Shown here one piece after another: positions 1 through 10,617 of a stretch of 64,000 nt of DNA (positions within the stretch are counted from its first letter, which is position 1; the number at the start of each line of letters is the position of its first letter). The DNA is taken from sequence record OR757453.1, one strand, 5' to 3'. Below the pieces are notes generated by a model that searched no databases, was not told where the DNA came from, and saw only the letters and a program-made list of their open reading frames with translations. The stretch comes from Escherichia phage BYEP01. The position numbers were made by a program, and so were the translations under genes.

Positions 1-58
1 TACTATCAAATACATATGACGAAGAATTATATAATTCGTTTTTTGCTGCAATAAATGA

Positions 59-847
<789 letters not shown>

Positions 848-907
848 CTGCTTATATATTCAAATGATATAATTATTTAACTTATTAATGAATTGAAAGG
901 AAAAATA

Positions 908-1423
908 ATGGCATACTTTAATGAATGTTCACAACTGATCGAAGGCGCTGATAAAGCTCAAAATGAATACTGGGATATTCTCGGTGATGAAAAAGACCCA
1001 CTACAGGTTATGCTTGATATGCAGAAATCTTTGCAGGTTCGTTTAGCAAATGACCGCGAATACTGCTATCATCCAGATAAATTAGAAACTGCCGGTGATG
1101 TTGTTTCTTGGATGCGTGAACAAAAAGACTGTATTGATGATGAATTCCGCGAACTTCTGACTTCTCTTGGTGAAATGTCACGTGGTGAAAAAGATGCATC
1201 GGCAGTTTGGAAAAAATGGAAAGCACGTTATATTGAAGCGCAAGAAAAACGCATTGATGAAATGTCCCCAGAAGATCAGCTCGAAATTAAATTTGAGCTT
1301 GTGGATATATTTCATTTCGTATTAAATATGTTTGCTGGCCTTGGAATGAATGCGGAAGAAATTTTTAAACTTTATTATTTGAAAAATAAACATAATTTTG
1401 AACGTCAAGATAATGGGTATTAA
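908..1423 (+). CDS. 56: dCTP pyrophosphatase (dCTPase) gp56
   Basis: 171 aa from ATG at 908 with upstream AAAGG; sequence matches T4 gp56 as remembered. Confidence 0.85.
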   Translation: MAYFNECSQLIEGADKAQNEYWDILGDEKDPLQVMLDMQKSLQVRLANDREYCYHPDKLETAGDVVSWMREQKDCIDDEFRELLTSLGEMSRGEKDASAVWKKWKARYIEAQEKRIDEMSPEDQLEIKFELVDIFHFVLNMFAGLGMNAEEIFKLYYLKNKHNFERQDNGY

Positions 1424-2087
1424 ACAAAAATTTTATAGAACATATATAGTAAAAGTTAGGACGCCGAAAGGCGTCTTTTGGTACGCTGGGAAACATGAAT
1501 CATTTATTGTAAATCCATATGATGATAAATATCCGGGTTCAGGCAAAATACTATGGAACATATATCGTAAGTATGGTTTTAATTATAAAATACGTTGGTC
1601 AAAATGCCATGGTTCTAGAGAAAAATCATATGAAGTTGAACGCGAGCTAATATCTGCATTAAAACGTAAACACCCAGATACTTGCATTAATATTTCTCCT
1701 GGTGGTCAGGGTGGAGAAGGAAGAAAATGGACTGAGCAACAACGATTAGAACATAAACTTAGATTAAACAACCCTGAAACAAAAACTCGGATGAAGAATT
1801 CACAACGTATAGCCCAAAATAGAGCAGAACGAAAAGCTCGGCAATCTGAAGTAATGAAAAAGTTTTATTCAAATGGCGGAAATAAAAAGATTTCAGAAGG
1901 AACTTCAAGGGCGCAAAGAAAAGCACCGCATTGGCATGAACCACTTAAAAGCGAAATACACGAGTTATGGGTTTCTTTAGGTAAACCAGCAACAGGCCCG
2001 GTTGTAAAGGCGCTTAAAGGAAAATATGATGTAACAAGTTCAGCTCTTAAGAATTTAATTTACTTATTCAGAAAAGAAGATGTATAA
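1413..2087 (+). CDS. segF: GIY-YIG-type homing endonuclease, SegF-like
   Basis: 224 aa; start overlaps 56 stop; sits between 56 and soc as T4 segF does; basic C-terminal half. Confidence 0.55.
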   Translation: MGIKQKFYRTYIVKVRTPKGVFWYAGKHESFIVNPYDDKYPGSGKILWNIYRKYGFNYKIRWSKCHGSREKSYEVERELISALKRKHPDTCINISPGGQGGEGRKWTEQQRLEHKLRLNNPETKTRMKNSQRIAQNRAERKARQSEVMKKFYSNGGNKKISEGTSRAQRKAPHWHEPLKSEIHELWVSLGKPATGPVVKALKGKYDVTSSALKNLIYLFRKEDV

Positions 2088-2090
2088 ATA
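2083..2090 (+). promoter_or_regulatory. T4 late promoter TATAAATA upstream of soc
   Basis: exact TATAAATA about 30 nt upstream of the soc ATG. Confidence 0.55.
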
Positions 2091-2120
2091 ATCATGTAAT
2101 TTAAATAAAAGGAGAATTAC

Positions 2121-2366
2121 ATGGCTAGTACTCGCGGTTATGTTAATATCAAAACATTTGAGCAGAAATTAGATGGAAATAAGAAAATTGAAGGAAAGGA
2201 AATTTCAGTAGCTTTCCCTCTTTATTCTGACGTTCACAAAATTTCTGGCGCTCATTACCAGACATTCCCTTCAGAAAAAGCAGCATATACTACTGTATAT
2301 GAAGAAAATCAGCGTACTGAATGGATTGCTGCAAACGAAGATTTGTGGAAAGTAACTGGCGGTTAA
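2121..2366 (+). CDS. soc: small outer capsid protein Soc
   Basis: 81 aa ORF matching T4 Soc as remembered. Confidence 0.9.
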   Translation: MASTRGYVNIKTFEQKLDGNKKIEGKEISVAFPLYSDVHKISGAHYQTFPSEKAAYTTVYEENQRTEWIAANEDLWKVTGG

Positions 2367-2374
2367 TAATTCAA

Positions 2375-2398
2375 GGACTCCTTCGGGAGTCCTTTTTT
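2375..2398 (+). terminator. rho-independent terminator (UUCG hairpin plus T-run)
   Basis: GGACTCC-TTCG-GGAGTCC followed by TTTTTT. Confidence 0.8.
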
Positions 2399-2408
2399 CA
2401 TTTTACCG

Positions 2409-2438
2409 GTTTACTTTCCAAAACAAGTATGGTATAAT
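2409..2438 (+). promoter_or_regulatory. early promoter (GTTTAC ... TATAAT)
   Basis: GTTTAC at 2409, TATAAT at 2433, 18-nt spacer. Confidence 0.6.
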
Positions 2439-2464
2439 AGAATTATCTTATAGAGGAGAGCACT

Positions 2465-2671
2465 ATGTTAAATCGTTGGATTAAACCAAATGAAGATTTA
2501 GATATTATCATTTCACGGCATGTAATGAAGAAATATGAACTACAGCCATGGTCTACAGAAGTTGTTGTGCATTCATTTATGATGTATGCAGATGGTTCTG
2601 TCGAATTTAATGCAGAGATTCGATATGATTATGGTGAGAAGCAAGTCGAATTCAAGAGAGGCTTTTTGTAA
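2465..2671 (+). CDS. hypothetical protein (mrh.2 position)
   Basis: 68 aa ORF directly after early promoter. Confidence 0.4.
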   Translation: MLNRWIKPNEDLDIIISRHVMKKYELQPWSTEVVVHSFMMYADGSVEFNAEIRYDYGEKQVEFKRGFL

Positions 2672-3012
2672 TGTTTATCTTTAATTGGTTTAAAAGTTTC
2701 TTTACGGATTTTTTCTCTACAACTCCCGGAGAAGGTGTAGTTCCTATTTCAAATGACTACCTTCCTTTAACTGTAGTTGAATATGTTTATATGGGAGATG
2801 GAACAGTAGAAGCAGTTACTATGACTTATGAAGAAGCCCAAGAATATTATAAAAATCCTTGGCGCTGGTCAACACCTGCTGCATCATCTAATACGCAGAA
2901 TACACAGTCTAGTTCTGATTCATATGACACTAATGTTCCTGTTCATGTATGGACGGGCGATTCGTGTGGAAGTTCTTGTGATTCTAGTTGTTCATCTGCA
3001 TCTTGTGATTGA
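2671..3012 (+). CDS. hypothetical protein with Cys/Ser-rich C-terminus
   Basis: 113 aa ORF; C-terminal [15 protein letters not shown]; start overlaps previous stop. Confidence 0.4.
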   Translation: MFIFNWFKSFFTDFFSTTPGEGVVPISNDYLPLTVVEYVYMGDGTVEAVTMTYEEAQEYYKNPWRWSTPAASSNTQNTQSSSDSYDTNVPVHVWTGDSCGSSCDSSCSSASCD

Positions 3013-3020
3013 GGAAAATT

Positions 3021-3506
3021 ATGGAAGCGATTTTGTTTGAAATGTATATTAGCAGTAATAGTATGTCGTTTGCTAAAGACGTTCCAATTACTGTAGCAGT
3101 AATGATTGATAAGGGTTATTGTGACCCAATGTATCTTGTAGAAAATTTCGTTTCAATGCCAGTTCCAGAAGATGCTGAAATAAAACTTAAAAAGATCGGA
3201 ATTATTGAAACTGTACCAAATATTCCGTTTAGAGCAATTGAAGCATTTACTAAATCCGAATACATTAATGTTAGCGCAGAACAATATAATGATAAGCCTT
3301 TATCTTTTTATTCGTACGATTCACTATATAGTTGGAAAATAGATAAAGGAAATAAATTTATAATTGCAAGTGAAGATGCTTTATCATACTTTATTTCTTC
3401 TATATGGAATAGTTTACATCCAAATTTGCTAAAAATTCATGAATTTGATGATGCTCCTACTGTTGTTTTGGGTAAAGTAAATGAAAGTTCTGAAGAAAAT
3501 GTTTGA
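3021..3506 (+). CDS. mrh: Mrh-like protein (modifier of rpoH phenotype)
   Basis: 161 aa from ATG 3021 with GAGG RBS; position and length consistent with T4 mrh. Confidence 0.45.
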   Translation: MEAILFEMYISSNSMSFAKDVPITVAVMIDKGYCDPMYLVENFVSMPVPEDAEIKLKKIGIIETVPNIPFRAIEAFTKSEYINVSAEQYNDKPLSFYSYDSLYSWKIDKGNKFIIASEDALSYFISSIWNSLHPNLLKIHEFDDAPTVVLGKVNESSEENV

Positions 3507-3684
3507 ATGGTTCAATAGACCAAACTCAATGTACATTGATGATGGTTGGGTTGAACAAGCAAATAAAGAAATGCAGAACGAACCAGAAGAATGGATGAAA
3601 TCAATGATTAGAATTGAGAAAGAAAAGAAATTAGAACGCTCAGCGCTTAAATTGATGAGAGACATCTATGGGGATAAATCATGA
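3481..3684 (+). CDS. hypothetical protein
   Basis: 67 aa ORF. Confidence 0.3.
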   Translation: MKVLKKMFEWFNRPNSMYIDDGWVEQANKEMQNEPEEWMKSMIRIEKEKKLERSALKLMRDIYGDKS

Positions 3685-3845
3685 ACAGAGATATGACGTT
3701 AGAAGAGGCCAAGGCTAAAGCAAATGAAGCATTGGATTTGCTTCTCAAAATTGGCAGTAAAATGATGGAAGAAAATGAGAAATATATCCAGGAAAACAAA
3801 ATTCCTGACGGCCCATTAGTAGGCAAGAGGAAATCGCATGATTGA
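3681..3845 (+). CDS. hypothetical small protein
   Basis: 54 aa ORF read from sequence; ATGA overlap with previous ORF. Confidence 0.3.
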   Translation: MNRDMTLEEAKAKANEALDLLLKIGSKMMEENEKYIQENKIPDGPLVGKRKSHD

Positions 3846-4308
3846 AGTAGCAAAACATTATTCAATAGAATTTATGTCTAAAGAAGGTAAATCAGTAAAT
3901 ACACTTGATAAAGAGTGCTCATTAATTATTCCTTTAGCAGAAAATCCGGATCTTTTAATTAAAGATATAAAAGAAAGAAAATATCCAGAAAATGTTATTC
4001 TAATTATAAAGCATACTGAAGATATTTTGCAGAATACTGATTCACCGTTTTCTTCTTCTGAAGCTTTAACTATTAAAGGCTATAAAAGAGCTCATGAATA
4101 TGGTCTTTTTGACCTGTTTGAAGACGATAAAGTTAAATTAGCGAGTCAACCTTCTAAAAGTAAAACATTCATTATTGAAGATATTAAAGATATAAATGCA
4201 TTTGTTAAGATGGTCTGGGCTCATTTTGATGTTGGACTACGCTGGAGAATGTCCGAAGAAGAAAGAAAGATTATTGAAACTAATCGTTATTTTGGTTTTT
4301 ATCGCTAG
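3838..4308 (+). CDS. hypothetical protein
   Basis: 156 aa ORF. Confidence 0.4.
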   Translation: MIEVAKHYSIEFMSKEGKSVNTLDKECSLIIPLAENPDLLIKDIKERKYPENVILIIKHTEDILQNTDSPFSSSEALTIKGYKRAHEYGLFDLFEDDKVKLASQPSKSKTFIIEDIKDINAFVKMVWAHFDVGLRWRMSEEERKIIETNRYFGFYR

Positions 4309-4316
4309 GAATTAAT

Positions 4317-4499
4317 ATGGATTTATTTGAGATGTTAGAAGATAATCATTCTACGAATATCCAGAATGATTCTAGTGATTATAAGAAAGAGTACCGTATA
4401 GTATTACAGAATTATGGAATTGAAGCCCCAGATGCTCTTCTAGAAGAACTAGCTTCATACCATCTTGACCCTCCGCCTTGGGCTCCCTGGGCAAAATAA
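4317..4499 (+). CDS. hypothetical protein
   Basis: 60 aa ORF. Confidence 0.3.
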   Translation: MDLFEMLEDNHSTNIQNDSSDYKKEYRIVLQNYGIEAPDALLEELASYHLDPPPWAPWAK

Positions 4500-4507
4500 T
4501 TCAAAAA

Positions 4508-4540
4508 GTTGTTTACTTTCCTTCCTAACAATGATATGAT
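4508..4540 (+). promoter_or_regulatory. early promoter
   Basis: GTTGTTTAC then TATGAT after about 17 nt. Confidence 0.55.
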
Positions 4541-4566
4541 AGCTTCTGAAGTATATGGAGGCTATC

Positions 4567-5190
4567 ATGATTATTAATCTTGCAGATGTTGAACAGTTAT
4601 CTATAAAAGCTGAAAGCGTTGATTTTCAATATGATATGTATAAAAAGGTCTGTGAAAAATTTACTGACTTTGAACAGTCAGTTCTTTGGCAATGCATGGA
4701 AGCCAAAAAGAATGAAGCTCTTCATCAGCAGTTGAATAAAATCGTTAAAAAGCATTTAACTAAATCGCCTTATCAGCTATATCGTGGTATATCAAAATCG
4801 ACAAAAGAACTCATTAAAGATTTACAAGTCGGAGAAGTGTTTTCAACGAACAGAGTAGATTCATTTACTACTAGTTTGCACACAGCATGTGGTTTTTCTT
4901 ATGTTGAGTATTTCACTGAAATAATATTTCGCTTAAAAACTGATAAAGCTTTTAATTATTCTGACCATATCAGCGATATTATACTTTCTTCTCCTAATAC
5001 TGAGTTTAAGTATACATATGAAGATACTGATGGATTAGATTCAGAACGTACTGATAACTTAATGATGATTGTGCGTGAACAAGAATGGATGATTCCAATT
5101 GGAAAGTATAAAATAACTTCTATTTCAAAAGAAAAATTACACGATTCATTTGGAACATTTAAAGTGTATGATATTGAGGTAGTTGAATGA
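4567..5190 (+). CDS. modB: ADP-ribosyltransferase ModB
   Basis: 207 aa from second ATG; R / S-T-x / E-Q-E ART motifs (YRG, STN, EQEWMIP). Confidence 0.7.
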   Translation: MIINLADVEQLSIKAESVDFQYDMYKKVCEKFTDFEQSVLWQCMEAKKNEALHQQLNKIVKKHLTKSPYQLYRGISKSTKELIKDLQVGEVFSTNRVDSFTTSLHTACGFSYVEYFTEIIFRLKTDKAFNYSDHISDIILSSPNTEFKYTYEDTDGLDSERTDNLMMIVREQEWMIPIGKYKITSISKEKLHDSFGTFKVYDIEVVE

Positions 5191-5789
5191 AATATTCAGC
5201 AATGCAATTAAAAGATTTTAAAATCAAATCAATGGATGCATCGGTGCGTGCTTCTATTCGTGAAGAATTACTTTCTGAAGGATTTAATTTATCTGAAATT
5301 GAACTTTTAATTCATTGTATTACTAATAAGCCAGACGATCATTCTTGGTTAAATGAAATAATCAAATCTCGTTTGGTTCCAAACGATAAACCTCTTTGGA
5401 GAGGTGTTCCAGTTGAGACTAAACAGGTGTTAAATCAAGGAATTGATATTATTACATTCGATAAAGTAGTATCAGCTTCATATGATAAAAATATAGCTCT
5501 GCATTTTGCTTCTGGATTAGAATACAACACACAAGTTATTTTTGAATTCAAAGCTCCTATGGTATTTAATTTTCAGGAGTATGCTATAAAAGCTCTACGT
5601 TGTAAAGAATATAGTCCGAGTTTTAAATTTCCAGATAGCCATCGCTATCGTAATATGGAATTAGTTTCAGATGAACAGGAAGTAATGATACCAGCTGGAA
5701 GTGTATTTAGAATTGCGGATAGATATGAATATAAAAAGTATTCAACATACACTATCTATACTCTTGATTTTGAAGGATTTAATCTATAA
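5187..5789 (+). CDS. modA: ADP-ribosyltransferase ModA
   Basis: 200 aa; ART motifs (WRG, SAS, EQEVMIP); paralog of the upstream ORF. Confidence 0.7.
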   Translation: MKYSAMQLKDFKIKSMDASVRASIREELLSEGFNLSEIELLIHCITNKPDDHSWLNEIIKSRLVPNDKPLWRGVPVETKQVLNQGIDIITFDKVVSASYDKNIALHFASGLEYNTQVIFEFKAPMVFNFQEYAIKALRCKEYSPSFKFPDSHRYRNMELVSDEQEVMIPAGSVFRIADRYEYKKYSTYTIYTLDFEGFNL

Positions 5790-5845
5790 TGGAAGGACTT
5801 AGATTCATTATACAATGAAAGTTTTAAAGCATTTTTCATAAAGTT

Positions 5846-5877
5846 GTTTACAAGCTGAAGTAAAAATGTTATAGTAT
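5846..5877 (+). promoter_or_regulatory. early promoter
   Basis: GTTTAC ... TATAGTAT. Confidence 0.55.
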
Positions 5878-5904
5878 AAGTAGTTAACCGTCCGTGAGAA
5901 AAAT

Positions 5905-6654
5905 ATGAAACTGTCTAAAAATCAAATTCGTAAAATTACACGTCGTCTAGAGCACACTCAGGCATCTGCTAAAAGACGCTCTAAAGATTTTAACTTAGAC
6001 TTCAATTACATTAAGAACATTTTAGATCAGAAAGTTTGCGCTTACTCGGGAGAACCTTTTGATAATCGTATTGAAGGAGAGAAATTATCATTAGAACGTT
6101 TTAATAACGATATCGGCTACATTAAAGGTAATGTTATCCCAGTTAAGAAAAAATATAACACGGCTCGTTCTGATTTAACATTAGAAGAACTTATTGAGAA
6201 ACGTGACGCTATTGCAAGACGTATTGCTAATCCTTCTGCTCGTAAAGTAGAGAAACTTAATCTCGACGAGAAGAAATGGGCCCAAATTAAAAAGGTTTAT
6301 GGTACTATTTTAAAAATCCGAGCAAAGCGTGAAAATCGTGTTAAGCATATGGCGAACATGATGAAAAATCAACCTTTATCTAACGAATCTAAACTTAAAA
6401 TTGTTGCTTTGAAAGCACGCATTAATGGCTCACATCAAGCAGAAGGCCATGAACTTACTAAACTCAACGTTCTTCTTAAAGGCTCTGATTGGAAAACTAA
6501 AACTAAATTAACTGACGCTGAATCGCTTTTCGATACATATGATAAAGTTATCAAAGGTCTGCAACGTTTTGAAAAGATTGGTTTCATTGGTAAATTAAAA
6601 TTGAAACGTGGCTTACCACTTAGTGCATCATTATTCCAACTGATTAAAGGTTAA
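5905..6654 (+). CDS. srd: Srd-like protein (sigma-related early protein)
   Basis: 249 aa ORF between modA and dda.1/dda; length and position fit T4 srd. Confidence 0.5.
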   Translation: MKLSKNQIRKITRRLEHTQASAKRRSKDFNLDFNYIKNILDQKVCAYSGEPFDNRIEGEKLSLERFNNDIGYIKGNVIPVKKKYNTARSDLTLEELIEKRDAIARRIANPSARKVEKLNLDEKKWAQIKKVYGTILKIRAKRENRVKHMANMMKNQPLSNESKLKIVALKARINGSHQAEGHELTKLNVLLKGSDWKTKTKLTDAESLFDTYDKVIKGLQRFEKIGFIGKLKLKRGLPLSASLFQLIKG

Positions 6655-6656
6655 TT

Positions 6657-6968
6657 ATGGTTTATGTATATGCAATAGTTTATCGAGATATGGAAGGATT
6701 TACTGTCCCGGTTCCGCTTGATGAGCATCGTCCTGCAGTATTTTTTAGAAAGGATATTGCAGATAAAGTTTTCGATACTTTGAAAACACAGTATAAAACA
6801 GATTTAAAAATGGGAGTTCTAAGAATGGTCGAAACTCCGCGTAAGTTCTGGTTTAATAAGCTTGAAATGAAACACGTTAAACTAGATGCGGAGACGCAAA
6901 GATTATATCGGCGAATTTTAGATACTGGGCGTATTGTTAGTATACCAATTGCAGGGAATTTACGATGA
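6657..6968 (+). CDS. hypothetical protein (dda.1 position)
   Basis: 103 aa ORF. Confidence 0.4.
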   Translation: MVYVYAIVYRDMEGFTVPVPLDEHRPAVFFRKDIADKVFDTLKTQYKTDLKMGVLRMVETPRKFWFNKLEMKHVKLDAETQRLYRRILDTGRIVSIPIAGNLR

Positions 6969-8284
6969 CATTTGATGATTTGACAGAAGGCCAGAAAAAT
7001 GCCTTTAACATCGTTATGAGGGCTATTAAAGAAAAGAAACATCATGTAACTATTAATGGACCTGCTGGTACTGGTAAAACTACTCTTACTAAGTTCATCA
7101 TTGAAGCCTTAATATCTACGGGCGAAACTGGCATTATTTTAGCAGCTCCTACTCATGCAGCTAAAAAGATTCTTTCAAAACTGTCAGGGAAAGAAGCGAG
7201 TACTATTCACAGTATTCTTAAAATTAACCCAGTAACATACGAAGAAAACGTTCTTTTTGAACAAAAAGAAGTACCGGATTTGGCTAAATGCAGAGTATTA
7301 ATCTGCGACGAAGTGTCAATGTACGATAGAAAGCTATTTAAAATTCTGCTTTCAACTATCCCGCCGTGGTGTACTATAATTGGAATAGGCGATAATAAGC
7401 AAATTAGACCTGTTGACCCAGGAGAAAACACTGCTTATATTAGTCCATTCTTTACACATAAAGATTTTTATCAGTGTGAACTCACTGAAGTTAAACGCAG
7501 TAATGCTCCTATTATTGATGTAGCTACTGATGTTCGTAATGGTAAGTGGATTTATGATAAAATTGTTGACGGACATGGAGTACGTGGATTTACTGGTGAT
7601 ACCGCTTTACGCGATTTTATGGTAAATTATTTTTCAATCGTAAAATCACTAGATGATTTGTTTGAAAATCGCGTAATGGCATTTACGAATAAATCTGTTG
7701 ATAAGTTAAATAGCATTATTCGTAAAAAGATTTTTGAAACTGATAAAGATTTTATTGTCGGTGAAATTATTGTAATGCAGGAACCATTAATTAAAACATA
7801 TAAAATTGATGGAAAGCCTGTGTCAGAAATTATTTTTAATAACGGACAATTAGTTCGTATTATAGAAGCAGAGTATACATCGACGTTTGTTAAAGCTCGT
7901 GGTGTTCCTGGAGAATATCTAATTCGTCATTGGGATTTAACAGTAGAAACTTACGGCGATGATGAATATTATCGTGAAAAGATTAAAATAATTTCATCTG
8001 ATGAAGAGCTATATAAGTTTAACTTATTTTTAGGTAAAACGGCAGAAACTTATAAGAACTGGAATAAAGGCGGAAAAGCTCCGTGGAGTGATTTTTGGGA
8101 TGCTAAATCACAGTTCAGTAAAGTGAAAGCACTTCCTGCATCAACATTCCATAAAGCTCAGGGTATGTCTGTAGACCGTGCTTTCATTTATACGCCTTGT
8201 ATTCATTATGCAGATGCTGAATTGGCCCAACAACTTCTTTATGTTGGTGTAACACGTGGTCGTTATGATGTATTTTATGTATGA
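6965..8284 (+). CDS. dda: Dda DNA helicase (SF1B)
   Basis: 439 aa; Walker A GPAGTGKTT; matches T4 Dda length. Confidence 0.9.
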   Translation: MTFDDLTEGQKNAFNIVMRAIKEKKHHVTINGPAGTGKTTLTKFIIEALISTGETGIILAAPTHAAKKILSKLSGKEASTIHSILKINPVTYEENVLFEQKEVPDLAKCRVLICDEVSMYDRKLFKILLSTIPPWCTIIGIGDNKQIRPVDPGENTAYISPFFTHKDFYQCELTEVKRSNAPIIDVATDVRNGKWIYDKIVDGHGVRGFTGDTALRDFMVNYFSIVKSLDDLFENRVMAFTNKSVDKLNSIIRKKIFETDKDFIVGEIIVMQEPLIKTYKIDGKPVSEIIFNNGQLVRIIEAEYTSTFVKARGVPGEYLIRHWDLTVETYGDDEYYREKIKIISSDEELYKFNLFLGKTAETYKNWNKGGKAPWSDFWDAKSQFSKVKALPASTFHKAQGMSVDRAFIYTPCIHYADAELAQQLLYVGVTRGRYDVFYV

Positions 8285-8305
8285 TTAAATTTGAGGAAGC
8301 TATTC

Positions 8306-8551
8306 GTGGAAATAACTAAAGATCAGTTTTATCTTCTTCAAGATAAAGTAAGCGAAATTTATGAAATTGCTCATGGTAAAAATCGTAAAACTGTAAAAAT
8401 TGAATCTAGTAAGTTGATGCTTCAATTAGAAGAAATTGAACGAGATTTAATTGCGTTAGAATTCTTTTGCGGTGAAGTGAAAACTGTTACAATCAATGAT
8501 TACGTTTTAGGCGAAATTAGCTATCTTTATGAGGCGATTATTAATGATTGA
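8306..8551 (+). CDS. hypothetical protein (dexA.2 position), paralog of next ORF
   Basis: GTG start with GAGGAAG RBS; about 81 aa. Confidence 0.4.
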   Translation: MEITKDQFYLLQDKVSEIYEIAHGKNRKTVKIESSKLMLQLEEIERDLIALEFFCGEVKTVTINDYVLGEISYLYEAIIND

Positions 8552-8786
8552 ATTAAGTTGGTGGCAGTTTAAATCTCTTATGACAAGTGTTAAAGATGTC
8601 ATTGAAGAAAATCCAGGTCCTGAAAATATTACTATTCGCGAAAAAGCTTCAAAGATAGTATACAGTCTTGAAGAGATACAAAAAGACATTGAATCTGTGG
8701 CAAAATTTATTGATGAGCCCATTAATAAAGTTTATATTCAAGACTATACTGTAGGTCAAATTCGCGATTTAGCAAGGAAAATTTAA
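8544..8786 (+). CDS. hypothetical protein (dexA.1 position), paralog of previous ORF
   Basis: about 80 aa; shared LEEI-x-(R/K)D and DY-x-(L/V)G-(E/Q)I motifs with 8306..8551. Confidence 0.4.
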   Translation: MIELSWWQFKSLMTSVKDVIEENPGPENITIREKASKIVYSLEEIQKDIESVAKFIDEPINKVYIQDYTVGQIRDLARKI

Positions 8787-9469
8787 TGTTTGATTTTATT
8801 ATAGATTTTGAAACAATGGGAAGTGGTGAAAAAGCAGCTGTTATTGATTTGGCTGTAATTGCTTTTGACCCTAATCCAGAAGTCGTTGAAACATTCGATG
8901 AATTAGTTTCACGTGGCATTAAAATCAAATTTGATTTAAAAAGCCAAAAAGGACATCGTCTTTTTACTAAAAGCACTATCGAATGGTGGAAGAATCAATC
9001 TCCTGAAGCTAGAAAAAATATTGCACCATCAGATGAAGATGTAAGCACTATCGATGGTATTGCAAAATTTAATGATTACATCAATGCACATAATATTGAT
9101 CCTTGGAAATCTCAAGGCTGGTGCCGTGGAATGTCGTTTGATTTTCCAATTTTAGTCGATCTCATTCGCGATATTCAACGTCTTAATGGCGTTTCTGAGA
9201 ATGAGCTTGATACGTTTAAGTTAGAACCATGTAAATTTTGGAATCAGCGTGATATTCGTACCAGAATTGAAGCACTTCTGCTTGTTCGTGATATGACCAC
9301 GTGTCCTCTTCCAAAAGGAACTTTAGATGGATTCGTTGCACATGATTCTATTCATGACTGTGCGAAAGACATCCTGATGATGAAGTATGCTTTGCGCTAT
9401 GCCATGGGTCTTGAAGATGCTCCGTCAGAGGAAGAATGCGATCCTCTATCTCTTCCAACAAAACGATAA
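8786..9469 (+). CDS. dexA: exonuclease A (DexA, DEDD-type)
   Basis: 227 aa; matches T4 DexA length and position. Confidence 0.8.
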   Translation: MFDFIIDFETMGSGEKAAVIDLAVIAFDPNPEVVETFDELVSRGIKIKFDLKSQKGHRLFTKSTIEWWKNQSPEARKNIAPSDEDVSTIDGIAKFNDYINAHNIDPWKSQGWCRGMSFDFPILVDLIRDIQRLNGVSENELDTFKLEPCKFWNQRDIRTRIEALLLVRDMTTCPLPKGTLDGFVAHDSIHDCAKDILMMKYALRYAMGLEDAPSEEECDPLSLPTKR

Positions 9470-9475
9470 AAAGTT

Positions 9476-9508
9476 GTTTACTTCCTCGGTTAGTTGTGGT
9501 ATTATAAC
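9476..9508 (+). promoter_or_regulatory. early promoter
   Basis: GTTTAC ... GGTATTATAAC. Confidence 0.5.
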
Positions 9509-9532
9509 ACCATAGCTACTGAGGATAATAAA

Positions 9533-9664
9533 ATGAAAATTTATCGTGTTGAATCATCGTTTAGTATTCTTGATTATGAAGATGGTGTTGAACTTCTGAA
9601 TGTTGTTCATGCAGGTGATTTTAGTGTAGTACCTCGTAGTGCAGTGGTAGCTATTTTGAATTAA
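9533..9664 (+). CDS. hypothetical small protein
   Basis: 43 aa ORF with GAGGATAAT RBS. Confidence 0.3.
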   Translation: MKIYRVESSFSILDYEDGVELLNVVHAGDFSVVPRSAVVAILN

Positions 9665-9666
9665 TA

Positions 9667-9696
9667 GTTTACAAACTCTTGGGACCAGAGTATAAT
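9667..9696 (+). promoter_or_regulatory. early promoter with -10 inside an inverted repeat
   Basis: GTTTAC, 18 nt, TATAAT; GGGACCA / TGGTCCC arms flank the -10. Confidence 0.55.
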
Positions 9697-9742
9697 GGTC
9701 CCTCGTGGAGTATAAAATCTTTTTAACAAGTGAGAGATAACT

Positions 9743-10231
9743 ATGATTATTAATATTGGCGAAATTGCTCGTGTATCTGATAAATCCCGCTCTAAAGCAG
9801 CAGGAAAATTGGTCGAAATTGTAAGCATTCAGCTTAAACATGGCGTTAAAGATGAAGATTCTGAAGTAAAAGTGCGTATCATTCCTAAAGATGGAAAGTC
9901 TAAACCTCAGTTTGGCTATGTTCGTGCGAAATTTCTTGAGTCTGCGTTTTTGAAAGCTGTTCCTGCTAAAGGAATTGAAACGATTGATACTTCGCATGTA
10001 GGTGTAGACTTTAAGTGGAAACTCGGTCAAGCTATCAAGTTCGTTGCTCCTTGTGAATTTAACTTTATCAAAGACGATGGAAGGGTTGTTTATACTCGTG
10101 CTATGTGTGGATACATTACCGATCAATGGGTAGAAGATGGTGTTAAGCTGTACAATGTGGTATTTTTAGGAACATACAAAGTCATTCCTGAAAGTTGGAT
10201 TAAACACTATAGCAATGCTCTCTATGCATAA
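9743..10231 (+). CDS. motB: MotB-like protein
   Basis: 162 aa; length and position fit T4 motB. Confidence 0.55.
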   Translation: MIINIGEIARVSDKSRSKAAGKLVEIVSIQLKHGVKDEDSEVKVRIIPKDGKSKPQFGYVRAKFLESAFLKAVPAKGIETIDTSHVGVDFKWKLGQAIKFVAPCEFNFIKDDGRVVYTRAMCGYITDQWVEDGVKLYNVVFLGTYKVIPESWIKHYSNALYA

Positions 10232-10401
10232 AGTTTAAATTTTTTCATAAAACTATATACATCAGTAGTTGATTATGGTACTATATCAATATCAACTACT
10301 GATACAGAAAACAACTTGGAGAATAAAATGGAAATTCGCTAAAGGTGTTGATACTCTTCTGAAACGTATCGCTCCACTGTTCAATTAATGAGGAAATTGT
10401 A

Positions 10402-10617
10402 ATGAAACGTAAAATTGTTCAGAACTGCACTAATGACGAATTTGAAGATGTATTATTCGATCCAGATTTAGTAGTGGTTCAAAAGGAACATACTGTTAAG
10501 TTTACTCACTTGACTTCGGTTTATGTGTATGAAAAGGTTGGTGATAAACAACCGATTTACGGTGTATTTCGTGAAATTACTGAAGATGGCACAACTTACT
10601 GGAAGGAAATTTATTAA
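10402..10617 (+). CDS. hypothetical protein (cef position)
   Basis: 71 aa ORF. Confidence 0.4.
   Translation: MKRKIVQNCTNDEFEDVLFDPDLVVVQKEHTVKFTHLTSVYVYEKVGDKQPIYGVFREITEDGTTYWKEIY

Noticed and set aside
9554-10126. 190-aa minus-strand ORF antisense to motB and its upstream region
   Set aside because: It overlaps well-supported plus-strand genes and promoters, has an odd composition and no RBS context; likely a chance antisense ORF in AT-rich DNA.
10318-10401. Four-codon ORF (MEIR-stop) after a strong RBS, followed by a 17-codon open frame
   Set aside because: It may be another frameshifted micro-gene, but the product would be about 20 aa and there is no comparison available; too weak to call.
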